Shown here: positions 1-12,000 of the stretch, piece after piece
How positions within the stretch are numbered: position 1 is the first letter of the stretch
Layout: each line of letters starts with the position of its first letter
DNA from: Candidatus Buchananbacteria bacterium
GTDB taxonomy: Bacteria; Patescibacteriota; Patescibacteriia; 2-01-FULL-39-33
DNA: 64,000 bases
Reading direction: 5' to 3'
Assembly (NCBI GenBank): GCA_903888345.1
Contig: CAISTG010000015.1
Coordinates: 11,474-75,473, forward strand
Notes under the pieces: model-generated
What the model was told of the DNA's origin: nothing
Seen by the model: the letters and a program-made list of their open reading frames with translations, nothing else
Databases searched by the model: none
Position numbers and translations under genes: made by a program

Positions 1-1331
1 AAACCGCCAGTCTCAGCATTACCATAAACTCGACCGGTAGCATATGAACTGCTAACATTACCGCTAAGTGACCCGACCAGGCCGCCAGTATACTCCTGTG
101 TACCCGTAACATGGCCCAAGGCAAAGGAGTTAGTGATATTGCCCAAGGCACTGCCGACTAAGCCGCCAACCGCGAAAACACCGTCGACATTGGCCGTGGA
201 GGAGCTATTATTAATCGTACCAGTTAAAGTCAAAACACCAACTAAGCCACCAACACTAAAATCGCCCGTATAATAATCCCAAACACTCACGACATGGCCC
301 GCGGAAAATGCATTAGTGATCGTGCCAGTCACGCCACCGACTAAACCACCAATATATTGGGAATCACTATAAACCGATGCATTCGCGCTAACTGCCGAGA
401 TGGCGCCAGCCGAACCACCCACTAAACCACCAACATAATCCGTACCAGTCACATGACCATTGATCAAGCTCGCCGCTGTTAAGCCGCCGGTTAATTTACC
501 AATCAAAGAACCGACACGATTATGACCAACAACTGAAGTGCCATCCATTTTAATATCATGGACCGATCCAGAAACATAACCAAACAGACCAACATAATCG
601 GTGCCACTACGATAAATATTAAGTCCTGTAACTGTATAACCATTACCATCAAAATTACCACTAAATGGTGTCGCCAAAGTACCAATTGGATTAAACCCAT
701 AACCATCATCATACAATGCCCCACCAATATTCGTATCGATAGCACATTCAATATCACCGGTTAATTCAAAATATTTATCGAGATAAATACCCGCCCCGGA
801 ACTAATATTTTGTAACTCCTGACAAGTGGAGACTTGATATGGCGATTCAACTGTACCCAACCCACCAGCAAAAAGCACGCTGTAGGAAAAAGCTAATTTA
901 GCTACACCAGCATTTTCATAGTATTCAACCTTCAAAGTATGAGTGCCTTCCGGAACAGTATAAATGGTCGAGGTTGTCATATAACTCTGATCAACCCAAG
1001 CGCCCAAGATCTGAGTACTATCGATATACACCCTAGAGCCATCGTCAGACCCCAAACGAAATACATAATTACCACCGGTTACCGTTTTAGTATAACGAGC
1101 AATAAAACCATCAGAACCGATTCCGGCTGGAGAGCCAATATCCCAATCAAAATTAATTTCCGAAACAGTTGTCGTTACCGTGGCCGCACCAACCGGCATG
1201 CTCGGAGTCGCCACGGCAGCCGTGTCCCAATATTCAGCTAAATAACCCTGCGAGGCAGACGCTCCACTGATCGCATAAAAAAATCCTAGCCCTACCAAAA
1301 TTGGTAAGAACAATACTTTAAATGTCTTCAT
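1..1331 (-). CDS. Secreted surface protein, 5'-partial in this window (C-terminus lies beyond position 1). It has an N-terminal signal peptide, a PA14-like domain and GLUG-motif repeats.
   Basis: ATG at 1331-1329 (minus). The frame stays open to the window edge; this ORF is absent from the track, presumably because it is edge-truncated. Translation begins MKTFKVLFLPILVGLGFFYAISGASA, then GYLAEYWDTAAV...FDWDIGSPAG (PA14-like), then repeated TGTDYVGGLVG / VGGLVG blocks like the neighbouring gene. Confidence 0.55.
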   Translation of the reverse strand, partial: MKTFKVLFLPILVGLGFFYAISGASASQGYLAEYWDTAAVATPSMPVGAATVTTTVSEINFDWDIGSPAGIGSDGFIARYTKTVTGGNYVFRLGSDDGSRVYIDSTQILGAWVDQSYMTTSTIYTVPEGTHTLKVEYYENAGVAKLAFSYSVLFAGGLGTVESPYQVSTCQELQNISSGAGIYLDKYFELTGDIECAIDTNIGGALYDDGYGFNPIGTLATPFSGNFDGNGYTVTGLNIYRSGTDYVGLFGYVSGSVHDIKMDGTSVVGHNRVGSLIGKLTGGLTAASLINGHVTGTDYVGGLVGGSAGAISAVSANASVYSDSQYIGGLVGGVTGTITNAFSAGHVVSVWDYYTGDFSVGGLVGVLTLTGTINNSSSTANVDGVFAVGGLVGSALGNITNSFALGHVTGTQEYTGGLVGSLSGNVSSSYATGRVYGNAETGG

Positions 1332-1492
1332 AATATAAGATTATAATTTGTTATTATTATAACATAAAGGAATAACTACCAGCAAATAAAATAATCATAC
1401 CCGATGTGAGAGTATGATTATTTGTTTTATGTTCCCTGCTCTATGTTACATGCTATATGTTATGTGATTCCTGTTCCATGTTCCCTGCCCCC

Positions 1493-4400
1493 CTACTTAT
1501 TCACTACTCCACGCGTCAGCGGTCCGAATGACCCATTGGCTGGTTTGATGCCTTTGGCTTTCTGGAATTTGATGAGGGCAATACGAGTGGCGGCTCCGAA
1601 TTTAGTGGTTTCGTTACCGGGACTACCCGGGCCAGTTTTGACCAGAATAAAGCCATTGGCATTGAGATACTTTTGAAGCTCTTTAACGTCATTATTAATC
1701 ATGCCCGAAGAAAGATTCTTTTTGAAAATAAATTTTGCCGACTTGGTGACGGTTACTGGGGTTATTGGCGTTGTATTGACAACAGTAGTTGCCAATGCCA
1801 AAGATTTGACCGTAATTTCGGCGCGATTAACAAAAATATTAGCAAAAGTTGCTTTAATATCGTTTTTACCATCACCGTCAAGATCAATGTCTTTGGACTC
1901 GCCTTTTTTGAGTGTGACAGTGACTGGTTTAGAAGAAAAAGTGATAGTAGCAATATTATTAGCTAGATCAAGATTAGTAATCTGAAAGCTATGAAAACCA
2001 GAATTCCAGCCATTAGAGCTTTCAGGGGCAGTAAAATTGTTAGTGTTGGTAATATAAGTCAAGACATTGACGCCAGTAGCCGTAATGGCGCCCACATTTA
2101 CGGTGGAGCCAATTCCTGTTGCAGAAATATCATTGCCTCCTGCCCCAGTACCTGCCGGAAGAGTGATGATAGCACCCCCACCACTAGCGGGCGGTGCCTG
2201 AACTGGAATCAACTCAAAACTGGCCGTTACGGTAATATCACCAGCAACTCCTGTATCAAGACGTGGATTACTAGTCACATTATCACTCCATTTTACAAAA
2301 CGATAACCTGAAGCAGCCACAGCCGTCACCGCGGTTCCATTGGTTCCGCTCAGTACGCTCTGAGATATACTGCCAGTAAGAGAACCATGATCTCCGGCAG
2401 AATATGCTAAGTTATAGTAAACTAAAAATACTCTTAATATTGGATAATTAATGCCCGCATTAATCACCCAGGTATCAGTAAAATTCCAATTAGAATATGT
2501 GTCTTGAGATTTCATCTCAGTGGTCGATTTTCCTACACCAACTGAAGAAGCAGATTGTCCGCTAGTCTCTAAATCCCAATAGGAAGCACTTGCTGCGGGA
2601 TCTTCGTAATAATCGGCGTAACCAACTAAGCCACCGATGTCGCTAACTGAGCCAGTAACTAAACCAGTCGAATAACAATTGGAAATCTCTGAATCCGGAT
2701 AGCTATTGCCTACTAAACCGCCAATATTTCCGTCCGCTGAACCGCTGACAGCACCAGTTGCATAGCAATCAGTCGTCGCGCCATAGCTTTCACCGACAAG
2801 ACCACCGACATCGACTCCAGAAGCGCTCACATTGCCGGTAGCATAACTTTCTGTAACGATTTCAGCACCTCCAGCTAGACCACCAACCCAATCATCCCCG
2901 ACTACATTACCAGTGGCATAACTACTCGCAATAGAACCACCATCAGTCCAACCGACTAGGCCTCCGACATCTGTGCCTTGATCATATCCGAGGATTGTTG
3001 AACCCACAGCGCCTGTAGCGTAGCTATTTAATATTTCACCGTCATTTTCACCAACTAACCCGCCAACGGCCCAACCATTACTCAATATTTGACTTGTAGC
3101 GAAGCTAGTTTTTACAGTATCACTATTAATACCCACCAATCCTCCCGTATAATCTCCTCCCTTAATTACGCCCGCCACGTTACAATTATTTATTGTGCCA
3201 CTATTTACACCGACTAGACCTCCAGTATAAGAATCTCCAGTGACTGTTGCATCAACAAGCCCCAAATTGTCTATCTCACCACTTAAGGCGGCAAATATAC
3301 CGATATTTGAGGTATTGGGGCGATTAATTGTTAAACCAATAATATTGTAATCATTACCATCAAGAGTTCCATTGAAATCACTAATAGGCGCAAAACCCGC
3401 ACCATCATTCCAATCTACTGTTTCCACTGCGTCAATATCTTGAGCTAGAATATAGCGTCCGTCCAGTGGATAGACGACATCATTGCCAATTTTTTGTAAT
3501 TCAGCAATCGTCCTAATTTCCTTGGTCCAGTTATTAGAAAAAATTGCCCTAATCACTGTATTACTCTGAGGTTGACCGCCAAAATATGGGTTACTAGTGG
3601 AATCATCACTCCATTTGAGAAAAAAATATCCCCTATCTGACACGGCAGTTACCGCGGTGCCGTTTTCATCATTCCATAAAAGTTGTGAAGTATTTCCATC
3701 GATTGATCCATGACCGTCGGTAGTATAAGTTAAGGTAAACTGACCAATCGGAGCTAACGTCACTCCTTGCAAAGTTGGATTTCTTGAACCTTCAACAATT
3801 TCCCAAGTAGTATCAAAATCCCAGTCACTAAATGTGGCCCCATTCTTCATCTGGCTACTTGATTTGCCTTCTCCCGCGGGAGAGGAATTAGACCCGCTAG
3901 TATCAATATTCCAGAATGAGGAAATACCTTCGCCATATCGATTTTTTCCCACCAGACCGCCCACATAATCATTTCCACTCACCTTACCAGTAGAATAACT
4001 GTTCCGAATCGTTTCATTATAATTGTAACCGACCAAGCCGCCGACCCACGCATCTCCAGTTACTCTAACAACAGAATAACTATCACTGATCGAACTATTG
4101 TTCGTTCCCACTAAGCCACCCGCAATATTATTACTAACGATCGTTAAGCCGGCGGAATAACTCCTAGTTATACTACCAGACAATGTAGCGCCGACTAAGC
4201 CACCAACATCATTGTTACCAACGACTGAACTTAACGAATAACTACGATTTATTTCACCATTATTTAAATAACCGATTAAGCCACCAACACGATAGTGTCC
4301 ATTTATTTTGCCGGTAGCATGACTACTAAACATTGAACTACTATCTGAATTACCGACCAAGCCCCCAACATAATCATAGCCAGTAACGTTACCGGTGGCC

Positions 4401-5527
4401 GAACCACCAGTTATCTGAGCCGAAACGAGGCTCCCAATTAATCCTCCAACATAATCTGCAGTACCAGTTACATTGCCAGTAGCGTAGATGTTATTAAAAA
4501 TAGTCCCACTTTCATTCCCAATAAAACCACCAACATAACCACCGCCAGTGACATCACCGGTGGCATAACTAGCGACTATCGAAGTGTATGAGTTACTGCC
4601 AATAAAACCACCGATATTATTCGCAACTCCAGTTACCTTGCCCGTGGCGCTACTATGGTCGATGGCGGCGGCATTAATGCCGATAAATCCACCCACCGCA
4701 TCATTACCAGCAACTGGACCAGTCGAACTGCAATTGGATATTGTTCCACCACTGATACTGCCAGCAAATCCCCCTACATTACTAACACCGGTAACGGATC
4801 CAGTGGCTGTACTACTAGTGATTAAACCAGTATCAACGCCGCCGATTAAGCCTCCGATAAAGGATGTACCATTAACATCACCAGTGGAGTAACTACTGTA
4901 AATATTTCCTAAATTTTCACCAACCAATCCTCCAATAAAAACTATACCCGTCACCTGACCAGAAGAATTACTACCTGAAATAGTACCGAAATTTGCGCCG
5001 GCTAGACCACCAATTACACTATCCGCACCAGAAAGATCGGCACTACTCGAACAATTTGTTATGATTCCATCAGCCCTATTTAGACCAACTATGGCGCCAA
5101 CATGATGATTACCCATAAACGAACCACCCACTAACTCTAAATTCTTTACCTGACCAGAAGAATAACCAAATAAACCCTGATAAGATTCAGCTGGTCTGTT
5201 TATATTTAATCCAATAATTTTATGATTACCGCCATCAAAAACGCCAAAAAAATTGTAATCGCCATTGCCAATTGGTACAAAACCCAAGTTATCATTCCAA
5301 TTAATGGTATCAGAACAATCAATGTCTCCTGTTAGTTGATAGACTTTTTCGGCAGTTAGTCCCGCCAAAGCGTCGGTATTAATTGATTGCAACTGAGTAC
5401 AAGTTGAAACCATGAAAGGATCAATTTCCGATCCAGTACCGGTACCAGTAAAGGCCTGAACAGTCAAAACCGGACACATCAAAAGCAAAACAAAACTGAA
5501 AAAATATAGACAAAGATATTTATACAT
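1493..5527 (-). CDS. Giant secreted GLUG-repeat surface protein (1344 aa). It also carries Listeria-Bacteroides-type repeats and a C-terminal peptidoglycan-binding (PG_binding_1-like) domain.
   Basis: Signal peptide MYKYLCLYFFSFVLLLMCPVLTVQA. Dozens of ...DYVGGLVG.../...GGLIG... GLUG-like units. GYFFLKWSDD and GYRFVKWSDN motifs (Flg_new-like). C-terminal LQKYLNANGF...FGAATRIALIKFQKAKGIKPANGSFGPLT resembles PG-binding domain 1. Confidence 0.75.
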   Translation of the reverse strand: MYKYLCLYFFSFVLLLMCPVLTVQAFTGTGTGSEIDPFMVSTCTQLQSINTDALAGLTAEKVYQLTGDIDCSDTINWNDNLGFVPIGNGDYNFFGVFDGGNHKIIGLNINRPAESYQGLFGYSSGQVKNLELVGGSFMGNHHVGAIVGLNRADGIITNCSSSADLSGADSVIGGLAGANFGTISGSNSSGQVTGIVFIGGLVGENLGNIYSSYSTGDVNGTSFIGGLIGGVDTGLITSSTATGSVTGVSNVGGFAGSISGGTISNCSSTGPVAGNDAVGGFIGINAAAIDHSSATGKVTGVANNIGGFIGSNSYTSIVASYATGDVTGGGYVGGFIGNESGTIFNNIYATGNVTGTADYVGGLIGSLVSAQITGGSATGNVTGYDYVGGLVGNSDSSSMFSSHATGKINGHYRVGGLIGYLNNGEINRSYSLSSVVGNNDVGGLVGATLSGSITRSYSAGLTIVSNNIAGGLVGTNNSSISDSYSVVRVTGDAWVGGLVGYNYNETIRNSYSTGKVSGNDYVGGLVGKNRYGEGISSFWNIDTSGSNSSPAGEGKSSSQMKNGATFSDWDFDTTWEIVEGSRNPTLQGVTLAPIGQFTLTYTTDGHGSIDGNTSQLLWNDENGTAVTAVSDRGYFFLKWSDDSTSNPYFGGQPQSNTVIRAIFSNNWTKEIRTIAELQKIGNDVVYPLDGRYILAQDIDAVETVDWNDGAGFAPISDFNGTLDGNDYNIIGLTINRPNTSNIGIFAALSGEIDNLGLVDATVTGDSYTGGLVGVNSGTINNCNVAGVIKGGDYTGGLVGINSDTVKTSFATSQILSNGWAVGGLVGENDGEILNSYATGAVGSTILGYDQGTDVGGLVGWTDGGSIASSYATGNVVGDDWVGGLAGGAEIVTESYATGNVSASGVDVGGLVGESYGATTDCYATGAVSGSADGNIGGLVGNSYPDSEISNCYSTGLVTGSVSDIGGLVGYADYYEDPAASASYWDLETSGQSASSVGVGKSTTEMKSQDTYSNWNFTDTWVINAGINYPILRVFLVYYNLAYSAGDHGSLTGSISQSVLSGTNGTAVTAVAASGYRFVKWSDNVTSNPRLDTGVAGDITVTASFELIPVQAPPASGGGAIITLPAGTGAGGNDISATGIGSTVNVGAITATGVNVLTYITNTNNFTAPESSNGWNSGFHSFQITNLDLANNIATITFSSKPVTVTLKKGESKDIDLDGDGKNDIKATFANIFVNRAEITVKSLALATTVVNTTPITPVTVTKSAKFIFKKNLSSGMINNDVKELQKYLNANGFILVKTGPGSPGNETTKFGAATRIALIKFQKAKGIKPANGSFGPLTRGVVNK

Positions 5528-5532
5528 AATAA

Positions 5533-5979
5533 TTAATATAATTTGAGAACATTTTTTTTGTTAACGGTGACCAGCATTAGTTTGACTGCGTCAATACTAT
5601 TATCATCGTTCAATTCTCCGACGACTCTAACAGTTGAGCCAATTTTAATGCCATTTTTATTGGGAAGCTTAAGTTGTTTTTTGACGGGAGCCTTAAATCT
5701 AACCAAAAATTTCGTCGAAGTTGTCAAATTAGCTGATCGACTCAACAATTTACTAGTCGGATTATTATCCGCAATCTTTACAACCACATAATTATTGTTG
5801 CTTATTGATTTCACGGTTGCCAGAAAATTTACGGAGTCAGATTTTTTAGCGACGCTAGAAGATTTCGTTGAAGAATTATTAATAACCCTAACTGTCGCAG
5901 TTTTTGCAAAAACAAAAACCGGTAATAACAATAAGTTAATAACCAAAAAAGAAGCAAAGAGAGATTTCGAATTAAGCAT
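5533..5979 (-). CDS. Small secreted protein of unknown function (148 aa)
   Basis: ORF with N-terminal signal peptide MLNSKSLFASFLVINLLLLPVFVFA. Same strand as the flanking surface-protein genes. No recognisable catalytic motif. Confidence 0.45.
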   Translation of the reverse strand: MLNSKSLFASFLVINLLLLPVFVFAKTATVRVINNSSTKSSSVAKKSDSVNFLATVKSISNNNYVVVKIADNNPTSKLLSRSANLTTSTKFLVRFKAPVKKQLKLPNKNGIKIGSTVRVVGELNDDNSIDAVKLMLVTVNKKNVLKLY

Positions 5980-6098
5980 GAGTCAAATTAATTTATAAGT
6001 AGTTAAACAATATTAATTATAATCATTAATTCCATTTTTGTAAATTTAAGCGACCTAAACAGCCCAGTTTTTTTATTTTCAAAATATTTCCCTTTAAT

Positions 6099-9000
6099 TT
6101 ACTCTGGCTTGACTGAAGTTGCGGTTAAAGTTTCAACGGCAGTGCCATAATTATAATAATCATTTCTAAAGCCCGCCTGTACTACGTAAGGTACTGCTTT
6201 ACCATAAAGTCTACTCTGCACCGAAGCATCAACAAATTTATACAGTCGCCCTTGAGCGCCAACACCATAAATAATTGAGCTATCATCAAATTTGATGAGA
6301 TTACCCGACCTAGCAACAAGATTACCACCAAGCGGTATTGCCTCAAACTCCGACTGGGAAATTTGTTTTAAAGTTGAAAATTTATTACCAATGTCTCCAA
6401 TGTCGTTAGCCCAGGTAGTATATGTATTACGATTAACAAAAAGATACTTAAGACCATCGCTTACGTAATAGACGGCCGGTCGATTGACGGTACTTACCTT
6501 AACAATTCTTCCTAACTTATCGGGAATAACAATATTTTTGCCGTTGCTGTCTATCGTTGCTTGAACCGCTATCAACGATTTAACTGTCAAACTGACTTGA
6601 TTGAAGGCTAAACTAGAAAAATTGATTGAAATATCCGATTTACCATCTTGGTCTAAATCGATATTCGCCTTTTCATTTAATTTCAATACTATTGTTTGCG
6701 GTGTAGACTCAACGCGTAAAGTAACGATCTGGGAAGTTACATCCAAGTTCACTACCGTCATTTTATGCTCTTGCCTTTGACTGGATTGACTAACGGTGGT
6801 TATAAAATTAGCGACTGAGTTCAGTGACGCGGTAAGATTTGTACCGAGCAGGCCAATTGTTCCGATACTACTCACGCCGTTGGTCGGAATACTGTACGAA
6901 GTCGTACTTACTACTGGCGGAACAATAAAACCACCGCCTCCCCCACCACCGCCACTTACCGGCGGTGCCACCACTGTCAGCGCTATCGAAAAAGAAACTG
7001 TTGACTTTGAACTAAAATTATTTACAAAATCCTCACAAATTACATAATAGACATAACTATTACCATTACTTAAGCCGCTAATTGGAGTAGTGTGATGTCT
7101 CAAGCCAGTAACTGAAAAAATAGTCATACTAGCAAAAAGAGTGCTGAAATTATCGGAATACTTACAAGTCGCCGCCTCGTCAGTGTCTAACACCAAAGTA
7201 GCATTAACTGTCCCCGCCACTTGCTCGCCGTCGGGCAATATATTAGAAATCACTGGGCCATCATTATCTGTCGCCACCGCAGCCACCGAAAAACTGGCGA
7301 CAGCCTCGGTACTGGTATTATTAGATAAATCCTGACAGACAATATAATAAGTATAGCTAGAACCATTGGTCAGGCTGGAGATTGGGGTTTTGTGATTAAT
7401 CGCTCCTGTTACGGCAAAAGGCGTCATCGCTCCAAAAGCTGTTCCCGAGACAGCTGCATAACGGCAAGTTGAATTTTCATTCGTCGTGACCGTCAGATTA
7501 ACACTACTAGTCCCATATTCCTGCACACCTGAAGGATAAATGTTGGAAAGAGTCGGGCCACTCAGATCACTGGTTGCGAATTTCCAGGTTGTCGCATCAG
7601 TAATACCCAAATAATTATTGATGGCAAACCCAACACCGACAAGTGCCGTGGCATCAATTTTGACATAATAATCAGTCTGCTCCGCCAAGACATTGGCGGG
7701 CGTAATCGTAACAAGGCCCGTTGATGAACAGTTAACCTGATTGGAATTAACATCGATAGTTTCTAATGGCAAATCATTTGAAGTTTTATAAAGAGCGATG
7801 CTACCACTCCCCTTCGCCATTGGTTGCGAAAATCGCAGTTGCAAATTAGTTGAAATAGAAGTTGAGGTCGTATTATTTTGAGGATAATAACTCAATGCTA
7901 CTGGATGAACTATATTTGTTTGGCCAACAGCAAAAACCATCACGCGATTATTTGCCGAGTCAGCCACGAAAAGCTTATTGCCATTTTCATAATAATAAAT
8001 ACCCCAGGGGGAATTAAGGAGTTTTGTCGACACTCCAGATGAAAGAGTTAAATAGTTATCCTGACCAATAACACTTACAGCCAGCTCACCATTAACAATT
8101 TCTGCGACATCAAAAACTGTCACCCGATTATTGCCACCCTCACTTACAAATAGGCGTTCGCTAATATTATCATATGCTAAAGCTGAAATATTTTTAAATC
8201 CTCCGTTTGTTGTAGCTGAGGAATTAGTTAAATAGCCTGACTGCCCTAACACATTAATTGCCGGCTCACCGTTAGTAATTTCGGCCACATCAAAAACTGT
8301 AACTCTTTGATTATTTCTTTCGGCTACAAATAAACGCTCATTTACCCAGTCATAAACTGAATCAAGAATATAGTCAAAGCCAGCTTGAGTAGTTGCTGTT
8401 GCGTTCGAAGTAAAATCAGTTTGCCCTAACACATTAATTGCCGGCTCACCGTTAGTAATTTCAGCCACATCAAAAACTAAAATTCGACTATAATCATTGA
8501 CAAATAGACGGTTATGGACAAAATCGTAAGCAAAACCACTTGAATTAGTGATATGATCCTGAGTTGAAGTACTAACCTTCGTCACAAAGTCAGCTTGACA
8601 CAATACATTAATAGCCGGCTCACCATTTGTAATTTCGGCCACATCAAATACCATGATACGATTGTTGCCGGCGTCATTAACAAATAGATAATTGCGAGCA
8701 AAATCATAGGCTAAACCATTCGGTACTTTTAATGAGCTTTGCGTCATGACTGTCGCAGTAGTAGTCGTAAAGGACGCCTGGCCCAAAACGTGAGTCGGCG
8801 TATAACTAGCCATCGATCCATCTGCATTAAGATTATAAACTAAAACTCGATTGTTAAAATTATCAGTTACAAATAGACGCAAATGAACGGGGTCGATCGT
8901 CAAATAGCGTGGTGTATATAACCCAAATTTGTTAATTGCTGGATTATAACTATTGTCAGTATTTGATTTATTAAAATTCGGTACTAAAGGATTGGCAATA

Positions 9001-12000
9001 ATGTCCTGATACTGGCCAATAAGATCAACTGCATTTTGGCCATTACTTATAGTTGAGGTTGCAGCATTAAATATCACCACTCGATGATTACTTGAATCAG
9101 CCACAAATAATTGATTATTAACATTATTATAAACAAGACCCGTCAAAGATTTGAGCCTGTTCTGACTTACTGTCGAAGTTGAGGCGTTAAAATCAGTCTG
9201 CCCCAAGACATTGATGGCGTTTTGTCCATTAACTATAGTTGAAGTAGCAACATTAAATATCATAACCCGACTATTCGACTGATCAGCAACAAATAACCTA
9301 CTCCCAACTGAGTCATACGTGACCCTAAATGGATTATTTAATGTCGTCTGCGTATGCCCGCTGGAACTACCGGAAAAATTAGCTTGCCCCAAGACATAAC
9401 TAGCATTTTCACCGTTAGTGATAGTTGAGGTAGCTGCGTTAAAAACCAATACTCGACGATTCAAGGCATCTGCCACAAATAAGCGATTATTCCCGGCGTC
9501 ATATTGAACACCACGCGGATAATTCATAGTACTTGTGGACGCGCTATAAGTCTTAGTAATGAAACTAGTCTGACCCAAGACATTGATTGCGTTTTGTCCA
9601 TTAGCAATAGTCGAGGTGGCGACATTAAACACCATTACTCGATTATTGGTAACATCAGCTACAAATAATCGGTTATTTGTTAGATCATAAGTTAGTCCGG
9701 CCGGTTGGCTTAATGAGTATTGAGTAGTTGTGGAAATGGCAGCACTAAAATCAGCCTGCCCCAAGACATTAACCGCATTTTCTCCATCAGCTATTACAGC
9801 GGTATCATAAACCAAAACTCGCATATTCACGCTATCTGAAACAAATAAACGATCACCAATAGAATCATACGCTAAGCCATCGACGGTATTAAATTTATTC
9901 TGTGATCTTCCGTTAGTTGAGCTCGAATATTCAGTTTGGCCCAAAATATGATCGGGAACATAATCGGCTAAGGTATTATCACTATTCAGATTATAAATCA
10001 TGATCCTATTATTAGTAACACCCTCAGCTACAAATAATCGATGATGAACAGTGTCCAAGGCTACTTCAACAGGTGAAAATAATCCCAATTTATTTCTCCC
10101 CTGATTATTTACATCGTTTTTATTAAAAGTTACTAGTGCGGGATTAGCGGTCACGTCCTGATATTGGCCGATTACATCGACAGCATCGCTACCATCAATA
10201 ATATAGCTGCGAGAAATGGTCACGGTAACTGCATATACTTGCGTGGTTCCATCAGCCGCCGTAACCATGTAGCTGACCGGATTAGAAAAATTTTGCGCCA
10301 CGCCGGAATTTGGACTAATTGAGGTGCCAAAATAACTAATTGTCGGCACCAGCGCTGTAACATCAGTTCCATAGGGCACGGTTGCGGCGATAGTATGTTG
10401 AGCTTCATCAATTATGGCTGTAACTGACAAACTAGAAAAAGCAAAAGAATCAATTCTTTTTGGCTGGCCGAGCACCTCTACTGCCTGCATCGCCTTTTTG
10501 GCATTAATTCTTGTACCGGCCGAAGTGATTCCATGCAAAGAAACCAAGTCATCACCACTGGTCAAAATAATATTTTTTATTTGGGCTGCCGACAGACTTG
10601 AATTATAGCCTTCCATTAAGGCGGCTAAACCAGCAACATACGGAGTAGCCATTGAGGTCCCGCTCAAATAACCGTAAGGCTCGTTTGAGCCATCAGTAAA
10701 TTTTTTAATACTAATTTGGTCGACATAACAACCGCCATGATTATTATCAGCAGCATTAGTTACCCACCTAAAACGGAATTTAAAATTGTTGGTTAGATAC
10801 TTTTTTGGAATCACGATATTACCAATATATGCAGCCGAACCACCAGCGGAACTATCGTCATTTGTCAGCCAATCCAAAACTGTCTCATCTAATCTGAATT
10901 GCTGATTATAGTAGGGCCAAGTACCTTCAGTAAAATTAACGCCATCGGCGCTATATTCAACAGCCAAATAATCAGCGTTCCAACTATACTCCGTATCACA
11001 AGCAGCAGCGAAACTAATAGTCGCTGATTTTGCATCAGTACCAAAATCATATGTTGCCGAAGTTATGGTCGTGTTAGCGTTAGCGGCGTAAGGATAATTG
11101 GGGCGCGCCACATGCAAAACCTTACCCCAAAAAGCATCGCCAGTATCATAAACTTTCCATTGATTGTTTATTCCTCCCAATACCCAACCATTAGGAAATT
11201 CTGAGGTTGGAGTAGTTTCAAAATTCTCATTAAAAACGGAGGCCTCAGAAATAGTGCTATACACATTAGTTCCCGGGGCCGCCACATCAACTGCGGTGGC
11301 ACTATAATCAGCAAAAGAGGCCAACTGATCGTTTTCATTAGTCGCTGTTACGGCAATAATATTATCTAAATTATAATCAGAGGGATAATTATGAAGCACG
11401 TCATTATTTTGACCATTATTTCCAGCCGCCGCGACAAAAATTCCACCTGCAATAGAAAAACGATTGATAGCATCATATTCTGCCTGTGAATAGCCATCAG
11501 AACCAAAGCTGGCATTAATTATTTTGGCACCATTTTGAATTGCAAAATCAATCGCCTTAATTTCACTAGCTACATCCAATTTAAATCTAATAGTCATGAT
11601 TTTTGCCCCACTCGCCACACCGACGACTCCCTTTGAGTTGTTTTTGGCGGCGGCGATAATTCCAGCCACGTGCGTTGCATGCGACGACATATCTACACTC
11701 AAATCGCTATATGCTTCTGGCATCGGATCTTTATCATTATCAACATAATCATAACCATGGCTGCAGCCACCTAAATAGGCGCCATTTTGATCTTTACAAC
11801 CAGATCCATCCCACATATTAGCGACCAGGTCAGGATGATTATAGGCCACACCATTATCGATGATTGCCACAATAACTGGGGAGATTGTCGCCGCATCAGC
11901 AATCTGCCAAGCTTCGGGCGCATCAATATCAGCATCAACAACGCCGCTGCGCGGATTATTATCCGGAAAATTGCCGCCAACTGTTTGACCAGTGTTATCT

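Noticed and set aside
503-5000. Numerous 60-110-aa ORFs on the opposite strand or in alternate frames inside the giant genes (e.g. 503-757, 558-764, 939-1241, 4584-4892, 6796-7047, 26421-27013, 28060-28647)
   Set aside because: They are fully embedded in long, motif-rich ORFs and have low-complexity translations that mirror the repeats. They are typical shadow ORFs.
6935-6965. Poly-G/poly-C tracts and repeated GLUG/NHL/HYR units as possible CRISPR or tandem-repeat arrays
   Set aside because: The repeats are in-frame protein-domain repeats with variable sequence. There is no short direct repeat with unique spacers and no cas genes. No CRISPR array is present.
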